64,000 bases of DNA from Patellaria atrata CBS 101060. Taxonomy: Eukaryota. A program made the translations under genes and the position numbers. A model generated the notes under the pieces. The model saw nothing but the letters and a program-made list of their open reading frames with translations. It did no database searches and had not been told where the DNA came from. The stretch spans positions 1,054,001 through 1,118,000 of the forward strand of contig MU006091.1 in NCBI GenBank assembly GCA_010093705.1, written 5' to 3'. Shown one piece after another: positions 1-13,279 of the stretch (the first letter of the stretch is position 1; each line of letters opens with the position of its first letter).

Positions 1-3000
1 ACCTAGAGCCGAGTTAGAACCTTTCTTGCAGGATGAACGATGAGAATTTTCAATGGCACATACCGACTTGTGTTGTCTGAGCACCAATTAACGTGACAAG
101 ATAGATAACCACGGCAAGCAAGTTGCTGGTTTTGGCATACTCCGAATAGACGCTCCACTTCACCTTTCCCTGTTCTAAAAATTCCTTGGTCTGCTTCGTT
201 TTTAGACCAGCCCCTTCTTCATCGGAAAGTTTGCCCCTTGGCCCGCGAAAGCTCGCTGTACTTGCGCGACGTAACGTTGTAGAGCTCGATTTTCGGGCAG
301 CTCCATGCCCTGGTTTTAGAGGCGCGAGACGCGTAAGTCCGTCTTGAGCTTCCTCTGAATCCGCTTCGTCCTCGTCGGACGTTGGAGCATATACTGTGCC
401 AGAATCATCGCTGCCAGTGCTCCCGGACTCCCTGCTTTCGTCTTCGCTTCTGCTCTCTTCATTTTGCGCTGTTCGCATCAAGCTAGCAATCTCTCCTCTC
501 ATGGCCATCAATTGCTGATAAGTCCCTCTCTCCAAAATGCATCCCTCCCGCAGGAGGACTACAAAATTCGCCTCCATCAGAACGGGAATAGAATTCGTGG
601 CGAGAATCCGTGTTTTGCCGGCTAAAAGACCGCTCGAGCCGAGAACATGTTCGATGAGATGCCGTCCGACATGCTGATCAACTGCAGATAAAACATCGTC
701 AAGAAGGTAGATATCAGCTCGAGCATAGACAGCCCTGGCAAGGGTCAATCGTGCTCTTTGACCACCTGATAGGGAGATACCCCTTTCACCAACCTCGGTC
801 TGGTCACCATCCGGAAGAGATAAGAAGTCTTCCAAGAGTGCGCAAGCATGGATAGTTTTGTCATAGAAATCTGGATCCCATCGATGCCCAAATATAATAT
901 TCTCTTTGACACTCCCGTTCATAATCCACGATTGCTGGGCAACATACGCAATGCTTCCTCGAACGACGACCTCACCTTTGATCTTCCACAGATCACCAAG
1001 CAGTGACTGCAGAAAAGACGATTTGCCGGCTCCGACTCGACCAACGATACAGGATAGTTCGCCCTTGTGAGCAGAAAAATTTATATGGTTAAGCGTATTC
1101 CGGGCGTCCTCCTTGTTCCACGTGAATGTCGCATCCAAGATGCGAACAGATTCATCACCATTGTCCTGTACCGAAGCTTCTCTCCTCACGGCATCATCTT
1201 GTAGCTCCTCGGCTCGCAAATAGCTCGTCAATCTACCGACTGCGACACTTGCTTCCACAACTGCGGTTATCACCATAGGTAAAATAGCCAACGGGAATGT
1301 GAGGAGGTTGAAAAGTGTAAGCGCGGGAAATACGATATCAGTTGTCAGTGGCGTATCTCTAGTAAGAACGAACACGGCAAATGTCGAACATGAAACAAGG
1401 AACGGTGTAGTTGACCATGTGAAATTGGCGAAAGACTGTGCGGCGCCAATTTTCCGGAGAGTCTTGAGTTCTTGATCATTACGGATATAATTCAGCTTGT
1501 TCATGAATGCCGTAGACCAAGCATATAGTTTGATAGACTTCATATTATTGAGAATCTTAACTAGTCGTCAGGAATCACTATCTCGGCGAGCACATTGGAA
1601 GACTTACCTCAGTCATTAGTCGAGTTCTTGCGTCCTTATTCGTCATCTGTTGCTTTTGCAGTGTTTTCATAATTCTTGCTATGAATCCATTAAGCGGAAT
1701 CATGAGTATCATAACACCAACGCCGGCCAACATGCTCGGCCCAAGAAGCTGATATAGGGATGCCATGCATAGAATCATCTGGAATGGAGCAGACCAGAGC
1801 TGCTGCCCGTACTGGGAAAGATCTTGGAGCCGTTGAGTATCCACTGCCATGTAGTTAACAATATCTCCTGTGGCTTTTGCAGCACGACCCTCATTAGAGA
1901 GTCGCATTGCTTTAGTATATATTGCCGCAGTCAATGCAGACTTCACACGCATTCCAACTTCGAAAGACCTTTGGAAGTATTGATGTAGTGCGGCAGTCTG
2001 AATGACAGACACAGCAAACATGGCGAGAGCGATTGCGACGCCGCGAATGGCCGGCTGTGGGCTATCACCTTTGTAAGAATGGACAAAGGTAATTAATAAT
2101 CTTAGCAGTTGTGGCTGCGCGAAAGCAAGAACATCACTGATAATCTTAATGAGTCCGCCGCGAAAGTATGGTCCTCCAAATCCTCGGAAAAGAGCAATCC
2201 ATAAGGAGGGATTCTTCTTCTCGAGCTCATGACCCCAAGCTTCAATAAAGGCATCTCCCGTAGCCCTAGTCGTGTCCCTCTTTCGTAGATTCCACAGATC
2301 GTCTTGTGTCAGGAAGTTCGAATATCCAAACTTCATCAGCGGTGTCATCCAGCTGAAGGTAAGGACAGAGAACACATCTGCGTATTCATATGGACATTCG
2401 TCATCGTCGCCTAGAGCATCGTATGCGCTCAGTTTCTTTGGAACAAGCCATTCCAGACCAAACTCCAGAGCAGCTAAGCCAACGCTCACACAGAAGACGA
2501 CGAAGAATGCTTTATGTATATGGACCATACCTTGGGCGATAAGAGAGCGAAGTTTGACGGCATAGGCAATGAGAAGAAATAGCCAATAGATCAATACCAC
2601 ACCATTTGCATTTCGTGATCTCCAATGTTCGAGGTATTGGATCGTAAGGATGACCGCTAGGGACGCCAACGTAATGATACTGGTCCAAAACCTAAAATCA
2701 CCAGCCCATACATCCTCATAGTATTGTACTTGCAAAGCAGCCTGGAGACCGGTAGTGATGATAAGTGCGCAGATAACTCCCTAAAATGGGAACAAGTTAG
2801 ATGAAAACGATTCAAAGAATGACTGATTTACGATTGCACTCACCAACTTAGCGTAGAAATGCCAATTCTTCTTGACGGGTTGTGGAGGGCATTTCTTCAG
2901 CAAATACCAAATTGCGGCAGCACCGGCGACGATAGCCCAGGCGGCAACGATGGTGATCCATACATCCAGAAAGCAAGGCGTGAAATCATATCTGAAAGGG

Positions 3001-3116
3001 CTCAAAGGGCCCCATCCTTCGATGTTACCGCATAATGGTTGGGTCCTGTGCGACGTTGCTGCTAGGTAGTGCGGTCTCTGCGGATTTAAGGAAATTTGTT
3101 GCGAATTGCTAAGCAT
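1..3116 (-). CDS. YCF1: ABCC/MRP-type ABC transporter (metal resistance protein YCF1-like); 5' portion only, continues beyond the window start
   Basis: TMD0+TMD1, NBD1 Walker A GRVGAGKSS, signature LSGGQRARL, Walker B IYLLDD, R-domain RRASTASF. Exons 2844-3116, 1608-2780, 64-1555; introns 2781-2843, 1556-1607, 3-63. Confidence 0.93.
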
Positions 3117-3844
3117 TGAGCGGAATGGACTGCAGAGCTCCGAGTTCCTCTTGTGGATGAGGAAGTGGAGCTATGAGGGTAGAGGAGAGGAGGAAAGGAG
3201 AATCTTCTCTGTAGAAGGTGCGTGTTAAGAGACGAGTGGAAGTTGAAGTATTGGTTTCTATCGGAAAGAGATATGCATAATTAGGCATCCTATTTGGACT
3301 TTGGGTAGATTTTATCGTACGTGCACAGTTGAGGTGACTACAAATTGATTACTGTACAGTACAGATGCGGTCACCAAAGAGTCACCAACCATTTCAGAGG
3401 AACGTGTTCCATGAACGCACCAGCAGTCAAAGCCTGGGAGCAACCGCCAATAAGAGCCGCTAAACGTGCAGTATCAACCCCACATGCCGATCAAGCTCCG
3501 AAGTTTCCGATAGCCTTTGCCTGCCTTTTCCTTCACCGATTCTCCTTTCCGGCTTCAAGATTCCCAACAGAGAACAGACGATAAGCAACCTTATCCTCGT
3601 TGAGTCATTAGATACTCTCCTCCGAATACGGCTATAAAAGGTCCAGTATCAAGAGTAGGGAATCTTTAGAAACCTCCTTTGTTACGCTAAACTCTTATAT
3701 CATCTGCATCAGAGACATTTCTATTTTGCTACTGTATGCAATTTCTAGGTATACGGTCATGTCGTACCTTGATTCAACATGTATAAACATCCTCAGGACA
3801 GCTCTAGCTCGTGGTTGCAAGAATTTCAACCTTCATTTCGAGGT

Positions 3845-5192
3845 CTATTCACCACCTAACCTCCGTCCCGGTCCTGCATTGCCAAAATTATTTCCACTCC
3901 CGCTTAGTCCTCTGAATCCAGATGTCCAACTTCCCGATCCACCAACATTAGGTCTAGACTCCACGCGAGCCGACGGTGGCCCACGGGCTGGGTAAGCGGT
4001 ACCGGCATCAGTCACTCTTGGCTGTCCCTCGCCGAACCAGGGCTTCACGAAGTTGGGGGTTCGCAATAGATTTCTCCCTCCTCCAAGATTAGGCCATGTG
4101 CGGGTCAGAAAGTCGTGCAGGTGTCCAACAAAGAGGCCAACCAACTCGTGATACACTGCTCCCGTCCCCGCCATGATGAACGTCACAAAGAGCATAGCGT
4201 AAGGGAGAAGCTTAGCTGGGAGCGTGATAAAGAAGTAATTGACTTGTCTGTTGGGCTCATCTTGAGCGTACGTATAACAGAAGGCCATTAGTAGCGCTAG
4301 AATCGAGTGAGTCGAGACGGTAGCTGAAGAAATCATAGAGTACTCACGATGCATGAAAAAGAAAGCACCTAGAATATACCCATCAATAAGCTTCCACATA
4401 AGTTAGTAAGTTTCATCTGACATATGCATAAAATACCAGATATGACCATAGTACATATGAGAGACAGTGTAGGTATGTAGGGAGCCAAAACCGCAAGCAC
4501 AACATTTAAAGGTTGGCCAGCTTTCTCAAGTGACAATCCCACCATGCTCACACCCCTTCCGACCCCCTTTTTATTATGCGAATGACGGGACCGGAAGCAG
4601 TGTAAGGGTAATCTTCCTCAATTCCAGGAACCGTGTCAGCTAGAAGAAGGGCTGTACGGGCAGATATTTGAGGTTCTAGTGTATCATCGGTGCATGTATC
4701 ACAACATTGGGGTGTAAGGGGAGTGAAGAAGGGAGATATTTCAAGATATGCCGTATACCGATGAGGACCTACCAGTATCATAACACTGCAAAAGACTACG
4801 TAAGTGAAGAAATCGCCGGGTCCGGTGAACCTTGGAGAGCTTTTCTCTAAAGCGCTGCCATAATTGAAGACTATGTTTGCATAAGCCTAAGCTCTTCGCT
4901 CTAGAGGCGTGGAGAGGTCCAGCTTACGGAAATATGGGTCCAGTATGATGCTCAACTTTGGTCCCGTAATGAGGAACGATGTGAATAGTCTCCATACATG
5001 GGGAGGGATCTGAAACAGTGTTTGGCTGATGAAAATGACTCTGTAGATGTCCAAATTATCTGTGTGGACTAAAAGTGACAGTGCGAATGCGGCTGCTGCA
5101 ATGGTTCTGCAAATCAGTCTCAGAAAGCTTTCTTTTAACATAGATATTGATTCTTACCTAGATATAGGTGGTGCTGCCCAAAAAGCGTCCAT
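3845..5192 (-). CDS. DFM1: Derlin (Der1-like/DFM1) ERAD membrane protein
   Basis: Spliced N-terminus MDAFWAAPPISRTIAAAAF...PPHVWRLFTSFLITGP (derlin WR motif), GLFVGHL, C-terminal SHP-like G-x-GRRLGG. Exons approx. 5158-5192, 4928-5106, 4773-4870, 4348-4390, then to 3845. Confidence 0.88.
4473..4676 (-). ncRNA. Candidate intronic box H/ACA snoRNA in derlin intron 3
   Basis: 382-nt intron (4391-4772). On the minus strand: CCTCAA...TTGAGG stem followed by AGATTA (ANANNA H box, 4609-4614), stem CTTCCGGTCCC/GGGGTCGGAAG flanked by TTACAC/GTGTGA, then GCCAA/TTGGC and ACA (4476-4478). Confidence 0.5.
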
Positions 5193-6905
5193 TTTGATGA
5201 AGGCAATACTATCCAAAGCCTGAATTGCTAGCTTGATGTGAGGACAAGAAGATTCAGTGGAATCTCCAATGTTCAGTCTACGGAGAGATAAACGCTGTTC
5301 TAATCATTCCAGAACCTCACATTTAATAATTTGCGAAGGTATGGTCACGAGGACACCGCAAGTGGCCAGATATGTCGAGCCCATGGAATATGTGACAGGA
5401 CGCTGAGGATAGTGAAGGAATTTCGTAGAAAGGAAACGGTGGACGGAATGGTCTTCGTGTAATCCCCGGTTCTTGGCAAACTTCTCCCATCAGAAACGGT
5501 TGTCCCACCGCAAACTCGCTCTAAAAACATCCGCTAATATTCAATGACTCCTTAGATCATCTTGTGTATGATTTAGCCGCTTATAATTCGTACCGTATGG
5601 TGCTTGTACAGGACATACATCCCCCACGATCCCCCCTGATTATTGACGCGAGGATAACCAGAGTCTGTCCACGAACATCCATACCACATCCCATATAAAA
5701 ACACACGGGGACTACAAGAAGAGACGGAATATCACCTCTAGAAATTCCTATGTTTATACACGGATTAACATCAAGTCCACTCAGCAAAGCAGTACAGCTA
5801 AAAAGACCGATTCAATCTAGGGTTTGATGATGACGGTAAAACATGGAAAAATATATGGCTAATCCACCCAGGGCAACCTCTAGCTAGTCCAAGGAAAAGA
5901 GCATATTATTGGGAACACTCGATAAGTCACATCGAACCAGTTCACGTACTGATTATCCCCTACGTGATGCAAGGAATGGTAGATGCAGTCCCGCTTGTAA
6001 TATTTCAGGACATGGTTACTTGGGATATCATAGAAGATGTAGGAATGTTGAATATAGTCAGAGAATCTCGAACTTATCGTGATCGAGATGGAATCCTTCA
6101 ACAAGTCTGTTGGAAATAGCTCTTCCAATATTCGGTCGATCAATAACGCAAGCTGGAGGGTGAAAAGCAACATTATGACATGCCTGTCGACTTCTCGAAT
6201 TATTACCTGGTCCAGGTCTGAAGCAATAACTGCGGAATCAAACACAAGTTGTTTCTCTTATCCACAGTAGTTGAGCTTCCCGGCGGTCCTCCTGGTTTTC
6301 ATTGCGTACGGTATCCATAGCGTATCATTGTTGGAGAAGGGCGTCTCAACCGGATGATCGCGCATGGAAAAGTTCATGACGGGTCTATGTATGATCTGAG
6401 AGACACCTCCTTACCATTCACTGTCATTATGATTGCGGAAATAGCGCGAATACAAAGAATGATCAAGGGTAATAGAGAGATTGAACAGCACCCAGCCATG
6501 ATCCTCGGTAAATACCGGTAATTCATAGATCGTACTCATAAAACAGGACGGATAACATACTATGTTTCATCTCGTAGCATTACTTTCTCAAATGCAAAAT
6601 TACTGAATGTGATGATGTTTACTTTGGTCCTGATATAAGAGTACTCGATCGTTTTCGTCTACTAATCCCTGTGAGGGGCAGAATCACATATTCAGGTTTT
6701 TGAAACCTAAAAAATTCAAGACATCAATCCCCTCGTGCCTTATCTGCTTCCATCGCAGTTGGACACATCCTTCGTTCTTGTATAAAATGAATATCTAAAA
6801 AATGCTTAAATCCGCTCGGCAAAGCTTCATCGAGCCTAGCAACCTAAGCTTGACGTGACCTCAAGAATTTAGAGCACAACATCTCATTCCTGCCACGAAG
6901 ACACG

Positions 6906-8108
6906 ATGACTGAGGATGAGATCTTCAAGATATCAACCCAGTATCGATTATGGACATTCACGCCGAAAGCCCTAGAATCACTACGCGGTAACACCAATTC
7001 TACAGCCGCGGAGCGCGTCAGAGCGGCGTTCAACCGCATACACGAGGATGGCGACCCTCAGAGCATCGAGTGCCTTACTGTTGCTGAGGAGCAGAAGTTA
7101 GTTTTGCACTTTTGTATCCAGTGCTTAGAATCAAACAAGCAGGTCATGAAATTACCCTTTAACGTAGTCGTAAGTCGAATCCATAGCGGAAGAAGCTGGG
7201 CTCTGAAGTACCAACTCATGTAGGCTACCGCAGTGCAATATATAAAGCGATTCTACCTCTACAACTCGCCTATGACATATTCTCCCAGTAAGATATGGAA
7301 AGCCGCGTTTTACCTAGCAACTAAAACGGAGGGCGCCCACTCGACCGTTGAAGCTTTTGCAAAGGGGTTCGACCGGACCGTTCCCGAAGACATACTTGCG
7401 CCAGAATTTATACTTACACAGAGCTTGCGGTATGCCTTTGATATAAGGCATCCATTTCGGGGTCTAAGGGGAGGCCATATCGAATTGATCGCATTGGCCA
7501 CTGGAAAAGCAGCTGTCCTGCCGGGAATAAATAGATCACCCAGTGATCTACAGCAAGAAATGCTTCAACTACCTGCGCCAGGATCACAGAGTTCTACTAC
7601 AAAAGAGACAGCTGCTATGATGCTGAAACGTATACATCGGGTCTATGGAAGAGCTGACGGTATTCTACGATCAACAGCAATATTAAGCGATGCTTATTTC
7701 CTCTACACCCCATCTCAAATCTGGCTCAGTGCCTTTCTTTTGGTCGACGAGCCTCTTACGCAGTGGTATATTTCCACCAAATTTCCGTCTGACTTAGGTG
7801 AATCTGACAGGGTTGCCGTGACGAAAGATAAAGTTCTAGCAACCCTTAAATCATGTGCAGCACTTCTCGAAGCCGGGAATGAGATCCTCAACGAAGACAA
7901 GGCAGAGCTCAGCCGCATCGCACGGAAATTGAAAGCATGTCAAAACCCGGATAAGGTTGATCTCGTGGGTCTCAATAAAGCTCAGAAGCGGGATACCACT
8001 GTCGATGGCAAGTTAGACGAGTCTGTTGCCAAGAGGAGAAAGTTAGAAAGAGAAAAGGTCATGAAGGAAGGGGACGACCTATTTGGCCCTGGCCTAGTAA
8101 AAGAATAG
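6906..8108 (+). CDS. CCL1: Cyclin H (TFIIH/CAK cyclin, Ccl1/Mcs2 family)
   Basis: STQYRLW, ATAVQYIKRFYLYNSPMTY, PEFILTQSLRYAFDIRHPFRGL, DAYFLYTPSQIWLSA. Intron 7170-7223 (GTAAGT...TAG). Confidence 0.9.
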
Positions 8109-8564
8109 TACGTGATTGCTTGTTGATAGACTATCCCCATTGGGTTTGAAGTATAAAGAACGTTCTTGGCGATTTGGAGAACTGGAATTGGAAAGTCTTT
8201 GGGCTAATAAGGAGGTAAATCTATTTAGGATATAGACTCGTAGAAGACCATAACAAAGAGATTATCTTCAAAGTCACAGAGCACCAGCTACATAGACTAA
8301 GCCGATTAACATCGAGTGGTTTTAGCACGAAGTCACTGCCCAGCTACCCCTTTACACTATCATATGGCCGAGTTGTGAATGAGAACCCGTCACGTTTAAG
8401 CTACAATAAGCGACTCGAACAATAGACAGAATCTGACAATAGTAATTGAGCACCGGCCTCCACTTAGTCTCTTTCAAACATCTCTCTACTCCTTCTACTT
8501 ACACAGCATCTCAATTCCACCTCTGCACTCATAACACCAACCACGAACAAGCAACCTGCAAAAC

Positions 8565-9497
8565 ATGGGAGCTCAATCGTCAACTGCTTCATCACCTCAG
8601 AATAGCATCTTTGACATGAGCCCTCTCTCCCAATGTTTCCCAACCACAACGAGCAACAACGGCACAAACACACCTGAGATGAGGCCAACATACACGGACA
8701 AACCCTACACCTTTTATTCGTACCCACTGCGCCCCTATCAACACGTCTCTACAACTAACAACAAGAAGAGCTCCGAGTATAAGACCAAGATGGAAACAAT
8801 CACCGTCTATAACGGTCTGTACCCCCAGCCTCTCCGCCCGAATCAATTCTCCATCCCACCACCTCCTCCACCACGCTCGCTTCCATCCAACACGATGATG
8901 ACTCCGCCCTCAACTCCCGTCGAAGGCATCATGCGTCCAGAGATCAACCTCTACATCGTCAACGTCACTGCTGCTCACCTCGTCCGCGAAAAGATGAAGA
9001 AGCTCTTCCGCAGCTACGACATGCCGACCGCCGGCTACGACTGGCCGTACCCGCGCGTCCTATTGACAATCGAGACTCCCGCGAACCCGCACCCAGTCAT
9101 CGTCATCTGCTGCCAGAACAGCGAGTCCTGGGTCTGGCTTCACCGTCACCAGTCTCACTGCTACACCCATGCCGCGTCGAGCTTCCATCTCCCGCAAGGA
9201 GCTAAGCTTGGTACGTTCGTCGAAGAGGACCTTGTGCAACCGGGATGGGTGGTTAAAGATAGAGAGTTGGGACGCGAGTTCTGGGGCGTGTTGACTTTTA
9301 CGGCGAGGGAATTGACCAGCACCAGCGAGAGGAGGGTTGCTGCCGCCTTTGATGAGTTGAGGTGGGTCGCTTGGAGGACATTCTTCGAGTATCATGATCA
9401 AGGACTTGAGAATACGGTCTGGTGGAATGTGAAGGAGGATAAGAAGACTGATGGATGGGTTGATCGCTTCAAACCCAAGGTGATGGGCATGAAGTAG
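8565..9497 (+). CDS. Hypothetical protein with a Pro/Ser/Thr-rich N-terminus and a globular-looking C-terminal half
   Basis: 310-codon intronless ORF with coding-like, C-ending codon bias; no recognised motif. Confidence 0.65.
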   Translation: MGAQSSTASSPQNSIFDMSPLSQCFPTTTSNNGTNTPEMRPTYTDKPYTFYSYPLRPYQHVSTTNNKKSSEYKTKMETITVYNGLYPQPLRPNQFSIPPPPPPRSLPSNTMMTPPSTPVEGIMRPEINLYIVNVTAAHLVREKMKKLFRSYDMPTAGYDWPYPRVLLTIETPANPHPVIVICCQNSESWVWLHRHQSHCYTHAASSFHLPQGAKLGTFVEEDLVQPGWVVKDRELGREFWGVLTFTARELTSTSERRVAAAFDELRWVAWRTFFEYHDQGLENTVWWNVKEDKKTDGWVDRFKPKVMGMK

Positions 9498-9834
9498 GAA
9501 GGTTGAAGGTTTACTTCAATGGATTGAACATGGGAAAATTACTGAAGAGCTTGGGTCACGACTGATGATTGATGGATTGGACGATCTGGAGCTAAGAGGA
9601 TCAGGCGTAACGGAGTATCGTGCTTCTTTATGGAATGGAACCGGACATGACTGATGTTCTAGTGATTACATGGTTTGCATTAATTCAAGCGGGTGGAAGC
9701 GTGGAGTCGACTTGGTCGGATTGGAACAGAAGACGTTGATATCAAGAGTGACAGATAATGATACAGACCAGCATGGTCCCATGCGAGTTTGATAGTAATG
9801 AAAATACTTTAATTCACTGTTTTAGACTTAGAAC

Positions 9835-10485
9835 TTAAGCAGCCGAGAGACTTTCCCTGTGGTTGAGATACTCCTGGCGATAGGGGTTCTGGTCGGTCTC
9901 CCTACCACGGTTTAGCGGCGTCCACTTAGGGTCTTCCTTGAACAAACGCATCGCCTTGGTGTACTATTAATATATCAGTTTGAATTGAAGTGCTAAGAAT
10001 AAGTCGATACTCACGTTACTATTATCAGTAGTAAATCTATGATAGATACCGGCCGGCATAATCATCAAATCATGCTTATCGAGCTTGATCCTCACCCAGT
10101 CATCATCCTTCCCTCGAACATCAAAGTACCCAGCACCATCTAAGATATACCTGATCTCTTCATCCTCATGTAGATGCTCACTGAAGAACGTCTTCACCTT
10201 TTCCTCGTAGATAGGCCCCATAGCCTCCGGAGAGATGACAACCTCATCCCTATTTTTATACTGACGCTCCTTTGCAACAGCATTTACGTCTTCGACGTTG
10301 GGATAGTTAAAGGCCAGTATACCAAGTTTCTTCAGATACTGTGGATCTACATCACGGCCAGAGTCATGCGGATCCCTTTGATCGCCCTACGACACAAGAA
10401 CACGTCGTCAACACCCCAATCCTTTAGAAAGGAATGGTGGAGGTTGGGGACATACCGGTAGGTTGTCATACCAGTAGGCTCTCAT
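9835..10485 (-). CDS. ADI1: Acireductone dioxygenase (methionine salvage)
   Basis: [47 protein letters not shown]. Exons 10456-10485, 10015-10386, 9835-9963. Confidence 0.95.
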
Positions 10486-12811
10486 CCTGCTGCTTGATGT
10501 TTCAGATATTCTATTCCGGAATACTGGTACGCACGTAACTGACGTGCGCCGGGCAACCCTTTTTGATGAGAGACGTGGGAGACTGGTTACTAAGTAAGAT
10601 AGATGGGGCGGAAGTTTTGAAGTCCCCATTCACCGATCCGAGTAAGAACTTTTTTAATTTTGACGTAGTTTGACTTGAGGTTTTTATTACTGTCTAACGT
10701 TGGGAGGCGTCTTATATTATGTTATTATATACGTACAAAAACGGGCGGGTCTGAGTGTGAGGTCACAGAATCGGGAGGCGAACAGTTCTAGTAGATCTTT
10801 TGCGGGCCCCACCTAGCATCGATCACGCAAGAGATGACAACTCCTACCTGTAGGTATTCACGGTATCTAACAGAGGTTGATGTCTTTCTGATGATTAAGA
10901 TAATCTATCGGTGTAACAATATCTATCATCAGTCATCAGCCATCATGCTCATCAGTCTCAGCATGGAGCTTCATATGCACTGTGCTTACATGCGACGAAT
11001 ATGACGCTCATCTTCTCGTCAAGCTTATCTCAACGCCGGAATTAAACTCAGTGACAGCAGATCGCAGCGGAGACGATACCAAAGGCAATTGAAACGACAA
11101 TTTGATCATTCGGGGGCGGAAAGATGCGGAGACGGGTACAGTAGAGGAGGTTCAATATATGAATTCCAACCACCTTTTTGTACGCCCGCGCCGAATTATG
11201 CAAAGGAAAACAACTGTGATCTCTAATACGGCCGTAGCATTGGATTCGTTCCCTACCAAAGCAACTCACCGCTTTCCAGCAGGAATCCATCGGAGAAGAT
11301 TTTATTGTCCATATAGGCATAGACTCGACTCTGACCCCAGACCTCTACCTCGCAAGGCTGAGGTCTTACATACTGCAAGGTATTTCTAGCTGCATGCATT
11401 GAGAAAGCCTCCAGATCACCGCGAAGACATGAAACACTTCTAACTCGCAGATCGACTAGAACCGTGTCTGCCAGCCCTACGTGGAGTCCTATCCTGCATT
11501 TCCACCAACATCCGAATGTAGAATATCCTGTCACACAGCCCTGGACTCACTGATGTTTCTCAACCCTTGGCCAGATCGTGGAGAATGCAAGCGACCGTTC
11601 AAAGAGGATGGATTTCCCAGTAATGAGCCCCCAAGTTCCCAAAAACGGACTTCCGCAAGCCCCCAATCGCCGTCTCCTGTCTTCGCTTCTACCATGAAGT
11701 CGTACTGAAACAGTGGATATCGCACAAACAAATTGGGCTTTCAATGGCGTTATAGTACCACCAATGTCCAATCACAGGACAAAATACTCGACATATCCCA
11801 AAAACCTTCTCAACAAACATCATAGAATTCCCACTTACCAATTTGCATCTTATTTTAGACCGCCAAACTGCCCCCTCCGACGCGGTAATGCCTAAGTTTA
11901 AAGTCGATCACATAACCACCCGTAACTTTATTCTAAGCACTTTCGGGCTCTGCTTGACAAATCGTGGCTTATTCGACTGCCGCCACAAGCTTTCGTTCCC
12001 GATAGGACGGGATCGGAACCGTTGGAATCAGATTCTGTTATGGAAGCAATTGCATTATTGGTGGAGTAGAGCCAAAGGTTACGCTGGTGTCAATACCCAG
12101 ACCATTGTGCAACGTCGTTCCTTGCCGCTAGCGATGTGAGAAGAGGTCGCCATTGGGAGCCTCCCTGTGCTAATAGTCGGCGTGCAGATGGTCAATTGGG
12201 CGTAGTTTTGAGTAGAATGTGTGATATGTCACGCTGGACATAAATAGGAATGCTGTAGCCCCCGTGAGATAGTGGTTGTTCTTTCACTCCACCTTAATAT
12301 TAGAGTCACACGTTTGTCGTTACTCGTGACATTGACTTGAGGGGTGCTGCCTTGTGACATATCTCCAAGTACATATAAAGCTTCTTTCCCTTGCTTTGTG
12401 TTTGAACACGACGCGTCTCTCCTCCTAAGTCGCACACGCGACCGAAACTTTGACTCAACCTCTTCTTTCTTTCTTCCTTCCTTCCTTGACAACAACTGGG
12501 AAATTCTCTCAAAAGCACAGAGCGAGACCAAGGGCAAAGTACCTCTCTCTTTGCCGATAATAACAGTTCCGACTCTTCTGCCTCAATAACGCCAAGCAAA
12601 AACACCCAGTCTATCGCTGGAACAGCATCGAAGCCCTCGGTTACCTCGACGAGAATCCAGTTCAACTCTTCTTCTAGCAACGAGAACCAAGCGACCTCAC
12701 TCTCTAGTCACAACAGAGTGACTCACCTCCCACCTCCACTAACCTGACACCAACCTGGCGCTCATAGCACACATCAAGTCCTCACGCTCCGCACACAAAC
12801 ACTACGCCAAA

Positions 12812-13279
12812 ATGTCCATGACAAGTTCGTCCGAGGTCTCGCTCAACAAGCACCTCAGCAGCACCTACACGCACTCTGGCATCGGTGGCGCAGGAAACTA
12901 CCACAAGAAGGCCTCTCTCCCGCCTTCGCCGGTCCTCCCAACCCCCCTCCCGGTTCGCACAGCCACTCACTTCACTACTGGAATCGGGGGTGCGGGAAAC
13001 GTCCACCTTATGAGCAAGAGGGCCACCGACGACATGGCGGACAGGACGTTAGCGAAGGCCTTAGAGAAAGCGATTCAAGAGAGGAAGAACGGGGCGTGGC
13101 ATTCGGGAATCGGAGGTGCGGGGAATAGGGTTAGTGCGGAGAGATTGAACAGCGACGGTGGAAGTAAGAGTGAGGTATTGCCGTATGGCGTGCTGGATCG
13201 GTTGAGCAAGAAGTTGAGTGCGGATAAAGACAGTACGAAGAGCGGCGAGAGCTTCCTGAAGAGGATGTTTAGGTTCTGA
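12812..13279 (+). CDS. Par32/DUF3602-like low-complexity protein
   Basis: Three (S/T)GIGGAGN repeats resembling the GRGGAGN motif of Par32/DUF3602 proteins. Confidence 0.7.
   Translation: MSMTSSSEVSLNKHLSSTYTHSGIGGAGNYHKKASLPPSPVLPTPLPVRTATHFTTGIGGAGNVHLMSKRATDDMADRTLAKALEKAIQERKNGAWHSGIGGAGNRVSAERLNSDGGSKSEVLPYGVLDRLSKKLSADKDSTKSGESFLKRMFRF

Noticed and set aside
5800..6600. Short minus-strand ORF (5880-6245) with scattered splice-like signals
   Set aside because: No coherent exon chain or recognisable motif.
10950..12150. Several 60-100 aa ORFs between ADI1 and the Par32-like gene
   Set aside because: Interrupted by stops with no motif; cannot distinguish a relic from chance.
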